In this document: positions 54,350-63,787 of the stretch, in pieces
Numbering within the stretch: the stretch's first letter is position 1
How the letters are laid out: each line of letters opens with the position of its first letter
DNA from: Candidatus Rokuibacteriota bacterium
GTDB lineage: Bacteria > Methylomirabilota > Methylomirabilia > Rokubacteriales > CSP1-6
Assembly: GCA_016184125.1 (NCBI GenBank)
Contig: JACPDG010000066.1
Location: 1,145 to 65,144, forward strand
DNA: 64,000 bases
Reading direction: 5' to 3'
Notes under the pieces: model-generated
What the model was told of the DNA's origin: nothing
The model's input: only the letters and a program-made list of their open reading frames with translations
Databases searched by the model: none
Made by a program: the position numbers and the translations under genes

Positions 54350-54718
54350 ACCGGGCGCAATCACGACGCGTCCGCCGTCCCCGCCGGGTCGAGTGTCGAG
54401 CGATCCGACTTCATGGGGGGCCTCGAAGGGCCCCCCAAACCCCCCGAACGCTCGCACACGCCCCGGCGGGTGCGCGGACGCACCCGCGGAACCCGGGGCG
54501 CGGCTCGACCATCGGATTCGTTCACGGGCTCCGTGAGCGACGTGGCGCGACGTCGATCGGCCCGGCGCGGTCACGAGCCGCCGACTGTTCCCGCCGGGTC
54601 GAGTGTCGAGCGATCCGAGGCCCGAGGGAGGCGCCGACCGGAGCGTACTTCGAGTACGTGAGGATCGGCGACGACCGAGAACGAAGGAGCGCGAAGGCAA
54701 TCGGCCCGGCGCCGTCAC
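54350..54718. repeat. composite insert: duplicated 28-mer, three GTGA-CGC..GG motifs and repeat copy m with a nested 18-bp hairpin
   Basis: CCGCCGGGTCGAGTGTCGAGCGATCCGA at 54381 and 54591; copy m at 54411-54525. Confidence 0.8.
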
Positions 54719-55518
54719 GAGCCGTGCTTTCCGGGGAGGAAGAGCCCTGCGCCGAGGGTGATCGCGAGCGCGACGAACCCGACGATCGAGAAGTACGCCG
54801 CCCGCCGGCCGTGCCATCCGGCCGCGGCACGACCCGCGAGCGTCCCCGCGTAGATCAGCCACACGATCATCGAGAGCGCCGCCAGCGGGTCGAAGGTGAA
54901 CACGCTGCCCCACGAGGCCGGCGCGGACACCATGCCGAGGATCAGGCCCGTCGTGAGGAACGGAAACCCGAGCGCGAGGGTCTGGTACGTCAGGCGGTCG
55001 AGCGTCTGGAGCGACGGCAGCCGGTAGTAGAAGGCTCCCTGCCGCTTCACCTTGATCTGCCGTTCCTGCAGCACGTACATGAGCGCGCCGGCGAAGTTCA
55101 GGACGAACGCCGCGATACCGATGAGTGCCAGGCCGATGTGCACCCAGACCCACGCGCTCACGAGCGCCGTGCCCAGGGCGGGCGGCCGCGCGGCCGACGC
55201 CTTGACCATCAGCACGACGACGACGGGGAACACGAACGCGCCGAGCACGCGCATGCCGTACTGGCGCTCCACCCACATCTCCAGCAGCACGACCACCCAC
55301 ACGGCGACGGACAGCGCCTCGGACAGCGTGCCGAGCGGCGGGCGTCCGATCTGGTGACCGCGGGCGACCAGCGCGATCGTGTGGAGCACCCACCCCGCGA
55401 TGGTGGCGAGGCCCGCGACCCGGTGCACCAACTCGGAGCGATGAATGAGGTAGGCGAGGGCAAGCCCTGCCGCACAAATGTAGGCAACGATTGAGATATT
55501 GAAGGCTGCGACGTGCAT
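54715..55518 (-). CDS. ccsA: cytochrome c assembly protein (CcsA/HemX-like)
   Basis: Multi-TM, W..VH, Q..K.K...F..RLPSL..LD, GFPFLT.G; upstream of hemA. Confidence 0.8.
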   Translation of the reverse strand: MHVAAFNISIVAYICAAGLALAYLIHRSELVHRVAGLATIAGWVLHTIALVARGHQIGRPPLGTLSEALSVAVWVVVLLEMWVERQYGMRVLGAFVFPVVVVLMVKASAARPPALGTALVSAWVWVHIGLALIGIAAFVLNFAGALMYVLQERQIKVKRQGAFYYRLPSLQTLDRLTYQTLALGFPFLTTGLILGMVSAPASWGSVFTFDPLAALSMIVWLIYAGTLAGRAAAGWHGRRAAYFSIVGFVALAITLGAGLFLPGKHGS

Positions 55519-55595
55519 CCTCTCGCGTCCCGGGCGAGTGTACCACATTCCCGCATAATCCCGCCGACTTGGTGGGTTAGGATACCGACCGGCCG

Positions 55596-56156
55596 ATGAG
55601 CGAGCTTCATCTGATCAGGGATGCGCGAGAGGTCCTGCGAAGGCGTACGCTCCTGCCACCGGGGACGTTCGTGGAAGTGTGGCCGGATCTCGAGCTCGAG
55701 GACCACGTCTGGGTCGGACAGGACGCCAAGACCCTCCTCGACGGCGCCGGGCCGGTGCTCGCCCCGGTCCTCTCCGTCGACGGCAATCAGGTAGCGATCT
55801 ACTACGGGCCGTGGCTGACCGACACCGAGGGACTTCCGACCGAGCAGTCGCTGCGCACGCGGATCGTCTCCGCTCACGGCATCGCCGCAGCCTGGGTCAC
55901 GCGGGATCGGTTCGGCCAGCGCACCGAGGTCCGGCCCACCTCGCCGCTCGATGCGACGTTCGCGCTCAGGCGGCCGCGCACCGGCGTGGCGCATCTGTGG
56001 CGACTGTTCAGGACGGACGACGAGGCCCGCGCGTACCTGCGCGAGTTCTACGGCGACGATCCGGAGGCGCTGGCGTGGGCCGATCGCATCGCCGTCCGGA
56101 GCTACGCCGAGCTGCTCGAGCGCCACGCGCGCGGCGGCGAGCCCGGCGCGCGCTGA
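55596..56156 (+). CDS. hypothetical protein
   Basis: 186-aa ORF with GC3-biased codons; no family recognised. Confidence 0.7.
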   Translation: MSELHLIRDAREVLRRRTLLPPGTFVEVWPDLELEDHVWVGQDAKTLLDGAGPVLAPVLSVDGNQVAIYYGPWLTDTEGLPTEQSLRTRIVSAHGIAAAWVTRDRFGQRTEVRPTSPLDATFALRRPRTGVAHLWRLFRTDDEARAYLREFYGDDPEALAWADRIAVRSYAELLERHARGGEPGAR

Positions 56157-56204
56157 CCGCGGCGGTGGGCACGCTCGATGGCCCTCCCGTACGCCGAGTC
56201 AAGA

Positions 56205-56280
56205 CGAGGGGCGGCCCGGGTTTCCCGGGCCGCTTCCGAGCCGCCATGGGGGGCTTGGGGGGCTTCGATAGTCCCCCCAA
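56205..56280 (-). repeat. two-hairpin repeat (copy n) directly after the fdhE stop
   Basis: TGA-TTGGGGGGACTATCGAAGCCCCCCAAGCCCCCC...GCGGCCCGGGAAACCCGGGCCGC. Confidence 0.85.
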
Positions 56281-57144
56281 TCAGTCAGTCCGCGCGGTGA
56301 CGACGAGCGGGACGAGCGGCCGCGCGTAGCCCTCCCGGAGCGCGACGACGTCGAAATGCGGCGAGCCCCAGTCCTCCACGAGCGCAGGGCCGGCGTTCCA
56401 GCGCTCGCGCCGATCGACCGACTTGAGATACGCGCGGCACCTGGTGCACGTCGCCAGCGCGTAGCCTCCCTCCGGCCCCTCCGCCGTCATGCGCCGGAGC
56501 TCCTTCGCGTCGTCCGTCCCGCAGAACGGGCAGCGGAGCCGCGAGAACGCCCACGCGCCGCCACAGAGGTGACACGCGAGCTCGAGTCGTCCGTCCTCGC
56601 CGATGTCGCCCCATGCCGGTGGCGCGCCGCAGAAGGGGCACACGCCGAGCGACCAGTCGCCGTGGACAAGGTGCTCGTGGCACGGGGCGAACACCTGTTC
56701 GAGCAGCGGCCGGAGGCTGCCGATCGCGAGGAACCCGACGAGGTCCGGAGCGAGCCCGGTCGTGACCGGCACACCGAAGCCGCCGCGGGACGGCAGCAGG
56801 GAGGCCGGCCGGACGTCGCCGCGCTCCCAGGCCGCGGCGAACGCCTCCACGGCGGGCGCGGCGTCCGGCCGCACCGTCGCCACGACGCCGAGGAGCGGCC
56901 CGAGCAGCGCCTCGACCGGCTCCGTCCGGAGATCGGGGCGGACCTCCGCGATGAGCGGGACACCGCGGCTCCATCGCTCGCGGCACGCGTCCGCGTCCAC
57001 GTCGAGCGGCGCGGCAAGCGCGGAGACCTCGGCCCAGAGGTCGAACACCGCCCCGTACGCCGAGAGCGCAGCCGACAGCGCGGCCCGGCGCCGGAGGACG
57101 TCCGCCCACGCCTCGCGGAGGTCGAGAGCCACGCAGGCGGTCAC
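56281..57144 (-). CDS. fdhE: formate dehydrogenase accessory protein
   Basis: CPFCG, CHLC, CPFCG, CTRC..YLK. Confidence 0.85.
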   Translation of the reverse strand: MTACVALDLREAWADVLRRRAALSAALSAYGAVFDLWAEVSALAAPLDVDADACRERWSRGVPLIAEVRPDLRTEPVEALLGPLLGVVATVRPDAAPAVEAFAAAWERGDVRPASLLPSRGGFGVPVTTGLAPDLVGFLAIGSLRPLLEQVFAPCHEHLVHGDWSLGVCPFCGAPPAWGDIGEDGRLELACHLCGGAWAFSRLRCPFCGTDDAKELRRMTAEGPEGGYALATCTRCRAYLKSVDRRERWNAGPALVEDWGSPHFDVVALREGYARPLVPLVVTARTD

Positions 57145-57965
57145 GTCTGGATCGACATCACCACGACGTAGCGGAGCACGAATCCGCCGACGAGCACGAG
57201 CACGGCCGAGACGGCCCCGAGCGCCGCGGTGCGGTGGGCCACGAGCTCGAGCGCCAGAGGCACCGCCAGGCCGACGACGACCAGCCCGCCCCAGAAGAGC
57301 ACGGCGAGGCGGCCACCGAGCAGGGGCGCGGCGGCGGAGCCCAGCAGCACGAGGAAGAGCGCGAGGACGCAGAGCTCGAAGCCGATGGCATAGCGGTCCG
57401 CCTGCTTGACCTTCCTCCACCCCTCGCCGCCCGCGCCCCCGGTCAGGAACAGGATGAGCGCGATCGTAGCCATCCCCGTCGACGCGCCGGACGCGAGGAA
57501 CAGCGCGCCCATCAGGCGGCCCTCGCTCCAGAACGGCAGCGCCGTGTTGCTGATGAGCACGCCCGTGTAGCTGGCGAGGAAGAACCCGAAGAAGATCCCG
57601 ACGAGGCCGATCTTCCGGCGCCAGGCGACCGCCGGCGGCGACGGCGAGAAGCTCAGCAGCGCCGACGCGAACGTGAAGAGGCCGAAGACGCCGAGCGCCC
57701 AGGCGCCGATCGACATCGGGTCCCAGAACTTGAAGGTGCCGAGCATGTTGAGGAACCGCATCGGCACCCCGAGGTCGGCGATGAGCAGCGCCCCGCAGAT
57801 CACGACAAGCGGCAGCGCGACGAGATACCCGATGCGCGCCACCGCGCGGTCCCGGGCGGTGCCGAAGGCGTCGGCGACGGCGGCGGTGAAGTAGGCGCCG
57901 CCCGCGATGCCGCCCAGGAAGAAGTACCAGACGATCATCATCTCCCAGTGCGGCGTCTTAAGCAT
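57141..57965 (-). CDS. NrfD/PsrC-family membrane anchor of FDH
   Basis: W.I..YFFLGGIAGG, DLG.P.RF..M, MS.GAW, YTGVL, GG..LRY. Confidence 0.85.
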   Translation of the reverse strand: MLKTPHWEMMIVWYFFLGGIAGGAYFTAAVADAFGTARDRAVARIGYLVALPLVVICGALLIADLGVPMRFLNMLGTFKFWDPMSIGAWALGVFGLFTFASALLSFSPSPPAVAWRRKIGLVGIFFGFFLASYTGVLISNTALPFWSEGRLMGALFLASGASTGMATIALILFLTGGAGGEGWRKVKQADRYAIGFELCVLALFLVLLGSAAAPLLGGRLAVLFWGGLVVVGLAVPLALELVAHRTAALGAVSAVLVLVGGFVLRYVVVMSIQT

Positions 57966-58734
57966 CGCCGTCCCCTTTCCCGCGGCTCCGGAACGACACG
58001 ATGGCGCCCAGGCCCACGACGAGCGCCGACCCGATCGACAGCAGCGAGTCGACGACCACGTTCCGCTGCGGCAGCCGCGGGTGCTCCGGCAGGTTGTACG
58101 TCGAAGGCTTCGACAACAGCAGGAAGAACGCGTTCAGGCCGCCGAGGAAGCCCCCGGTGTCCGCGCCGTAGAGCTGCGCCTCCTTGAAGCCCATGCCCTT
58201 GAGCGTCTCGACGCGCTTGCCCGCCTTCGCGACGAGCTCGTCGCGGAAGCCGAACTGGATCGAATCGGTCGGGCAGGCCTTGGCGCAGGCGGGCCCGAGC
58301 CCGTTGTGGATGCGGTCGTTGCAGAAGGTGCACTTCCTCGCGGTGCCGCTGCCGTCGTCGAAGTGCACGACGCCGAACGGGCACGACGCCACGCAGTACC
58401 GGCACCCGTTGCAGACGTCCTGGTTGATGTCGACCGTGCCGAACTCGGTGCGGTAGATCGCGCCGGTCGGGCACGCCTCGAGACAGCCCGCCTGCGCGCA
58501 GTGCTTGCAGACGTCGGACATCAGGAGCCAGGCGAGGTCGCCGCTCGGCTTCGGCTCCTCGACGAACCGGACGAGGCGGAACGTCTGGTCGGTGAAGTGC
58601 GCGTGGTTCTGGTACGTGCCGGTCCACTCGGGCGCCTCGGCGCCGAGCTCGTTCCACTGCTTGCACGCGACCTGGCACGCGCGGCAGCCGATGCAGAGGG
58701 AAGTGTCGGTGAACATCGCGAGCGTGCGCGCCAT
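57958..58734 (-). CDS. fdnH: formate dehydrogenase Fe-S beta subunit
   Basis: CIGCRACQVACK, CKHC..AGC..ACP, CNGCRYC..SCP, KCTFC...PAC.KACP; C-terminal TM. Confidence 0.88.
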   Translation of the reverse strand: MARTLAMFTDTSLCIGCRACQVACKQWNELGAEAPEWTGTYQNHAHFTDQTFRLVRFVEEPKPSGDLAWLLMSDVCKHCAQAGCLEACPTGAIYRTEFGTVDINQDVCNGCRYCVASCPFGVVHFDDGSGTARKCTFCNDRIHNGLGPACAKACPTDSIQFGFRDELVAKAGKRVETLKGMGFKEAQLYGADTGGFLGGLNAFFLLLSKPSTYNLPEHPRLPQRNVVVDSLLSIGSALVVGLGAIVSFRSRGKGDGDA

Positions 58735-58736
58735 GG

Positions 58737-61700
58737 CTACACCACTCCCTTCTTCACGCTGCACACGAACGCCTTCGTCTCCTGGATGAAGACGGTCGGG
58801 TCGCCGACGGTCGCGGAGAGATCGTTCGTGATGTCGCCCTTCGAGCCGGGCAGCGCGTCGATGCCCTTGTAGCCCCAGTGCCACGGCACGCCGATCTGGT
58901 GGACCTTCTTGCCGTCGACGACGAACGGCTTGAGGCGGCTCGTCACCATGGCGCGCACGTGGATCTTCCCGCGCGGGCTCGCCACGGTGACCATCTCGCC
59001 GTTCGCGATGCCGAGCTCGCCGGCGAGCTCGTGGCTGATCTCGGCGAAGTGCGAGTGGTGCAGCTCCGCGAGGAACGGCAGCTGCCGCGACATGACGCCC
59101 GACAGGTGATGCTCCGTCAGGCGGTAGGTCGTGATGACGTACGGGAACTCCTTGGAGCCGACCGGGGCGAGGACGTTCTTCTCGTCCGGCACTTCCCAGA
59201 TCTTCGCGACCGGATTCCGCTGCTGCTTGGACAGCAGGTTGACCACGGGCGACTCGACCGGCTCGTAGTGCTCCGGGAACGGCCCGTCGACCAGCGGTCC
59301 GAACAGCGCCCCGACGAGGTCCGCGCGCATGATGAACGGCTTGTCGCCGTTCTTCCCGTCGGGAGCGAGCAGCGCATTGAAGTCCGGCACGTCGAGCCCC
59401 ACCCACTTGCCGGGCTTGTCGGGCGCGCCCGGCGCTTGCGGGTCCCACCAGATCAGCTTCTTCTTCTCGCTCCACGGCTTGCCGGTGAGGTCGGCCGAGG
59501 CGCGGTTGTAGAGGAGCCGGCGGTTCGCGGGCCACGCGAAGCCCCACCCGTGGCCGAGGTAGTCCTTGGCGTCGGCCGGCTTGCGCGACGCCGCGCGGTT
59601 GACGAGCTTGCCGTCCGGCGTCTCGTTGATCACGCCGCCATAGATCCAGCAGCCGCCGGCGGTCGCGCCGTCGTCCGTGAGGTGAGCGAAGGTGCTGAGC
59701 GCCTGCCCCTTCTTGTAGAGGGGCTTGCCGTCCTTGTCGGCGATGTCCCGCGCCGCGTAGCCGCTGATCTCCTTGAGCACGAGCTCCATGTTCGGCTCGT
59801 CGGGATGCTCGCCGTACGTGAAGTTCGCCGCGCGGAAGCCCTGGTCGCGGTCCTTCTTCGAGCCTGCGTAGAGCTTCTGCAGGCGATGCGCGAGGCGCAC
59901 GATGAACGCCGCGTCCGACGTGCAGTCGCCGGGCGGCTTGACCGCCGCTTCGTGCCACTGGATGAGCCGCATCGTGTTCGTGAGCGACCCGTCCTTCTCG
60001 GCCGCCGGCGCCATCGGGAAGAAGAAGACCTCCGTCTTGACGTCCTTCGGGTTCGTCCCGGGCGCCTTCCAGACCTCGGCGGTTTCCGTGATGAAGATGT
60101 CGTTGACGACGAGCCAGTCGAGCTTCTGCATCGCCGCGCGCGCGAGCTTGGCGTTCGGGCCGCCGACCGCCGGGTTCTGGCCCATCGCGAGGAAGCCCCT
60201 GATCTTGCCCGCGTACATGTCGACGAAGATGTGCTGGTGGCTGTACGCGTCGGCCGAGGCCCGCTTCGGCAGCCACTGGTAGCCGTACTCGTTCTTCTCG
60301 GTCGCCGCGTCGCCGTAGAACGCCTTCAGCAGGCTGATGAAGAACTTCGGCTTGTTGATCCAGTAGCCGCCCTTCGGCGTCTCCTTGTCGAGGTAGGTCG
60401 CGAGGTCCGGGTGCACGTCGCGGAGCGGCTGCGCCATGTACCCCGGCAGCTCGTGGAACAGTAGCTCGAGGTCGGTCGCGCCTTGCACGTTGGCGTGGCC
60501 GCGCAGGGCGACGACGCCGCCGCCCGGCCGTCCGACGTTCCCCAGCAACAGCTGCAGCATGCAGAGGGCGCGGATGTTCTCGACGCCGGTCGTGTGCTGC
60601 GTGAGGTTGAGCGCGTACGTGATCGCCCCGGTCTTCTCCGGGCCGCTGTGCTCACAGTAGAGCTTCGCCACTGCGAGGAACTTGGCCTTCGGGATGCCGC
60701 ACACGCGCTCGACCATGTCCGGGGTGTAGCGGCTGTAGTGGCGGCGCAGGAGCTGGAAGACCGAGTGCGGGTCCTTCAGCGTCAGGTCCCGTTTGGGGTT
60801 GCCGTCGGCATCGAGCTGGTACTTCCACGTCGACCGGTCGTACGTCTTCTTGCTCGTGTCGAAGCCGCTGAACAGGCCGTCGCCGTCCGTCGCCGTCTTG
60901 AACGCGGGGTCGATGAGGAACGACGCGTTCGTGTAGTGGACGACGTAGTCCTTGAAATAGAGGTTGTTCTCGATCGCGTGGTGGATCAGACCGCCGAAGA
61001 ACGCGATGTTCGTGCCCGAGCGGATGGGCACATGCAGGTCGGCCGCCGCGCTCGTGCGCGTGTAGCGCGGATCGACGTGGATGAGCTTCGCGCCGCGCTC
61101 CTTGGCCTTCATCACCCACTGGAAGCCGACCGGGTGGTTCTCGGCCATGTTGGACGTCGCCATGATGACGTCCGCATGCTGGATGTCGATCAGGTTGGTG
61201 GTCATCGCGCCCCGCCCAAACGTGGTCCCCAAAGCTGGGACCGTGGCGGAGTGTCAGACCCTGGCCTGATGCTCGTGGTAGACGATGCCGTACGTGCGGT
61301 TGAACTTCGACAGGAGGTACGCCTCCTCGTTGTCGATGCAGGCCGACCCGAGCGAGGCGATCGCCTCCAGCCGGTTCACCGTCACGTCCCGGCCGTCCTT
61401 GCCCTTCTCCTTCTCGATGAAGTGCTTCTCGCGCGTGTCGTAGTAGCGCTTCACCAGCTCGGTGTACATCCAGTCGAGCGGCTTCTCCTCCCACCGGTCG
61501 GAGCCCGGCGCGCGGTAGAGCGCCTTCGTCGGCCTCAGCGGGTTGTTGGAGAGCTGGATCGTCGCGGCGCCCTTCGGGCAGAGCCGCCCGAGCGTGTGCG
61601 GCGTGTCCGGGTCGCCCTCGATGTCGATGATCTTCCCGTCCTTCGCGTAGACGAGTTGTCCGCAGCCGACGGCGCAGTACGGGCAGACGCTGTGGGCGAC

Positions 61701-61832
61701 CTTCGCCTCCTTGATCTTGAGCGAGGTCGCCGCGGCTTCGACGGGGGCGACATCGATGCCGCGCGCGCCGATCGCGACGCCGGCCGCGGTGGTGCCGCCG
61801 AATTTCAGGAACTCACGCCGGTTGAGACTCAT
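58737..61832 (-). CDS. fdnG: selenocysteine-containing formate dehydrogenase alpha subunit (TGA at 61254-61256 read as Sec)
   Basis: Tat NRREFLK, CPYCAVGC, HQARV-TGA-HSATVPALG.TFGRGAMT; ORFs 61254..61832 and 58737..61232 are in the same frame. Confidence 0.92.
61224..61242 (-). promoter_or_regulatory. bacterial SECIS hairpin
   Basis: GGTCCC-AGCTTTG-GGGACC starting 11 nt after the TGA; locally atypical A/T-containing codons. Confidence 0.75.
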
Positions 61833-61916
61833 GAGCCACCTCCTGCCGGGCAGGCGCGCCCGGAACGTGTCGCCAGGACATGGACCTTGCGGTGACGCCG
61901 ACCGCGGTCGTCCACG

Positions 61917-62192
61917 TTAGAACTCGGGGCTGCTGAACTCGTCCCAGACGCGCCGGACCACGCGGATCCGCTCCGCGGCGCCGGGGTTCGATTCGATGCG
62001 CACGATGTCGCCGGCGCAGAGCGCGTCCAGACCTCCCTGGACGTCGTCCGCAACGACCTCGGCCTCGCCGCTGCAGGTGACGTCCGTGCACACGCCGGCG
62101 GTCCCCTTGAGGCGGATCCGCCGCGCGGCGGTGTCGACAGCCACGACGGTGAGCCGGCTCTCGTGCAACCAGTCGGTGACGCTCTGAGCCAT
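61917..62192 (-). CDS. small beta-rich hypothetical protein leading the fdh operon
   Basis: GGAGG RBS; 91 aa, VVAVD...L..L..GD.V.I pattern (OB-fold-like), three Cys. Confidence 0.7.
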   Translation of the reverse strand: MAQSVTDWLHESRLTVVAVDTAARRIRLKGTAGVCTDVTCSGEAEVVADDVQGGLDALCAGDIVRIESNPGAAERIRVVRRVWDEFSSPEF

Positions 62193-62229
62193 CGCGCACC
62201 TCCGTTTGTAGAATGGTGAAGTGCCGCGA

Positions 62230-62258
62230 AGGCTAAAGCACATGCCCTAGGCTGTCAA
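62230..62258 (-). promoter_or_regulatory. sigma70 promoter of the fdh operon
   Basis: TTGACA-N17-TAGCCT. Confidence 0.65.
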
Positions 62259-62334
62259 GCGGACGCACCTGTAACAGTGGATATCGGCCAAACTTATCGG
62301 ACCGTTACAAAAAGGACAGATGGTCCGACCAATA

Positions 62335-62540
62335 TCATGGGGGGACTATCGAAGCCCCCCAAGCCCCCCGCGCTCGGAGCGCCCCGCGGGGGTGCGCGGC
62401 CGCACCCGTGGTGCGCGGACGCACCCGCCAAAGCCGTGGCACTCCTCGATCACCCGATTCGCCCACGGGCTCATAGCGCGCGCCAGCTCGGCGAACTGGA
62501 CTCGATGCCGGCTTCCCTCGATCACCCGACTCGTTCACGG
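62335..62540 (+). repeat. two-hairpin repeat (copy o) with two nested small hairpins and a duplicated tail
   Basis: TCATGGGGGGACTATCGAAGCCCCCC...; nested GGTGCGCGG(C/A)CGCACCC at ~62390 and ~62409; CTCGATCACCCGA twice. Confidence 0.85.
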
Positions 62541-62574
62541 GCTCTCAGCGCGCCGGCTGTGAATCGCGGCCGGT

Positions 62575-62832
62575 CTACCGGCCGTCGGATGGACGCGTGT
62601 ACGAGGCCAGTCGCTGCTCGAGCATCGTGCGAGCCGTCTCGACGTCGCCGCGTTCGAGCGCTTCGAGGACGGCGCGCCGTGACGCAACATCGACGATCGG
62701 CGCGTCCAGGTACGGGTTGTAGAAGCGGCCGAGCTCGAGCAGGATCCGGCCGACGCGCTCGACGTCACCGAGCTTCGCGAGCGCCTCGTGGAAGAGCTCG
62801 ACCGCGTAGTCGTCACGCCGACGGAACGTGTC
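62575..62832 (-). pseudogene. start-less coding remnant (DTFRRRDDYAVELFHEAL...ELGRFYNPYLDAPIVD...)
   Basis: Stop-free GC3-biased frame ending TAG at 62575; no ATG/GTG start; abuts the fdhE-2 stop. Confidence 0.55.
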
Positions 62833-63694
62833 ACGCAGGTTCCTCCAGCTGGATCAGCGTCGGGATAGCCCGCCAGTATCCGGCCCGGTGCGCGATGAGG
62901 TCCAGGTGCGGGGATCCCCAGTCCTCCACCAATGCCGAGCCCGCATTCCAACGTAGCCTTCGATCGACCTCCTTCACGTACCCGTTACACGCCTTGCAGG
63001 TGCTGATCGAGTAGCCTTCCTCCTGCTCCTCAGCTCGCAGCACGGCGAGATCCTTCGCGTTCCGGCCCCCACAGTAGGCGCACTCGAGACGTGGGAAGGT
63101 CCACCCCGCCCCGCAGAGATGGCAGGCCAGGCGACGTTGACCACCTTCGAGGAGGTCAGCGAAACCCGGCGGACCGCCGCAAAAAGGACAGACGCCGAGA
63201 TTCCATGGGCTATCGGTCAGGTGCGGACGGCAGTCGGCGAAATACGACTCGAGGATCGGGCGCAGGCTCGCGTGGGCCAGGAACGCCACGAACTCCTGAG
63301 AGAGCCCGGATCGCTCTTGAACTGCGGCCGAACCGATTCTCCCCTTTTCGGGGAATAACGCCGCAGGGCTCACGTCGCCCCGGTCCCAGGCTTCGGCGAA
63401 GCGCGCGAGCGCCGTCTCCTCCCTGCCGATCGTCACGAGAAACTCGATCGCGGGAGCGAGAAGGTCTTCCATCTCCTCGGGGCGGATCGACGGGACCGCC
63501 GCCGCAAGCAGAGGATCTCCCCGTCGCCAACGCTCGCGACAGTCCTCGGCGCTCCACCGGAGCGGGGCCACACGGTCCCCGCACCACTGAGCCCACGCGT
63601 CGAGAATCTTCCCGTAGGGGGCGAGAGGCTCGCGAAAGGTGGGGCGGCGCTCCAAGAGGTCATTCCACTCGTCCCGCAGCCTGGCGTAACTCAT
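62831..63694 (-). CDS. fdhE: second FdhE paralog
   Basis: CPFCG, CHLC, CAYCG, CKAC; shares ALVEDWGSPH with the first copy. Confidence 0.85.
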   Translation of the reverse strand: MSYARLRDEWNDLLERRPTFREPLAPYGKILDAWAQWCGDRVAPLRWSAEDCRERWRRGDPLLAAAVPSIRPEEMEDLLAPAIEFLVTIGREETALARFAEAWDRGDVSPAALFPEKGRIGSAAVQERSGLSQEFVAFLAHASLRPILESYFADCRPHLTDSPWNLGVCPFCGGPPGFADLLEGGQRRLACHLCGAGWTFPRLECAYCGGRNAKDLAVLRAEEQEEGYSISTCKACNGYVKEVDRRLRWNAGSALVEDWGSPHLDLIAHRAGYWRAIPTLIQLEEPA

Positions 63695-63787
63695 TTCCTT
63701 GTCACCAGCCGGGGAGGCTTCTTCGATTCAAACGACGAGGGGCCCCGCACTACGGGGCCCCTGATGGGGTGCGGAACGGTTGTCCAA

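Noticed and set aside
61232-61256. fdnG as a nonsense pseudogene or two genes
   Set aside because: The TGA is at the Sec position, in frame, and followed by a SECIS-like hairpin.
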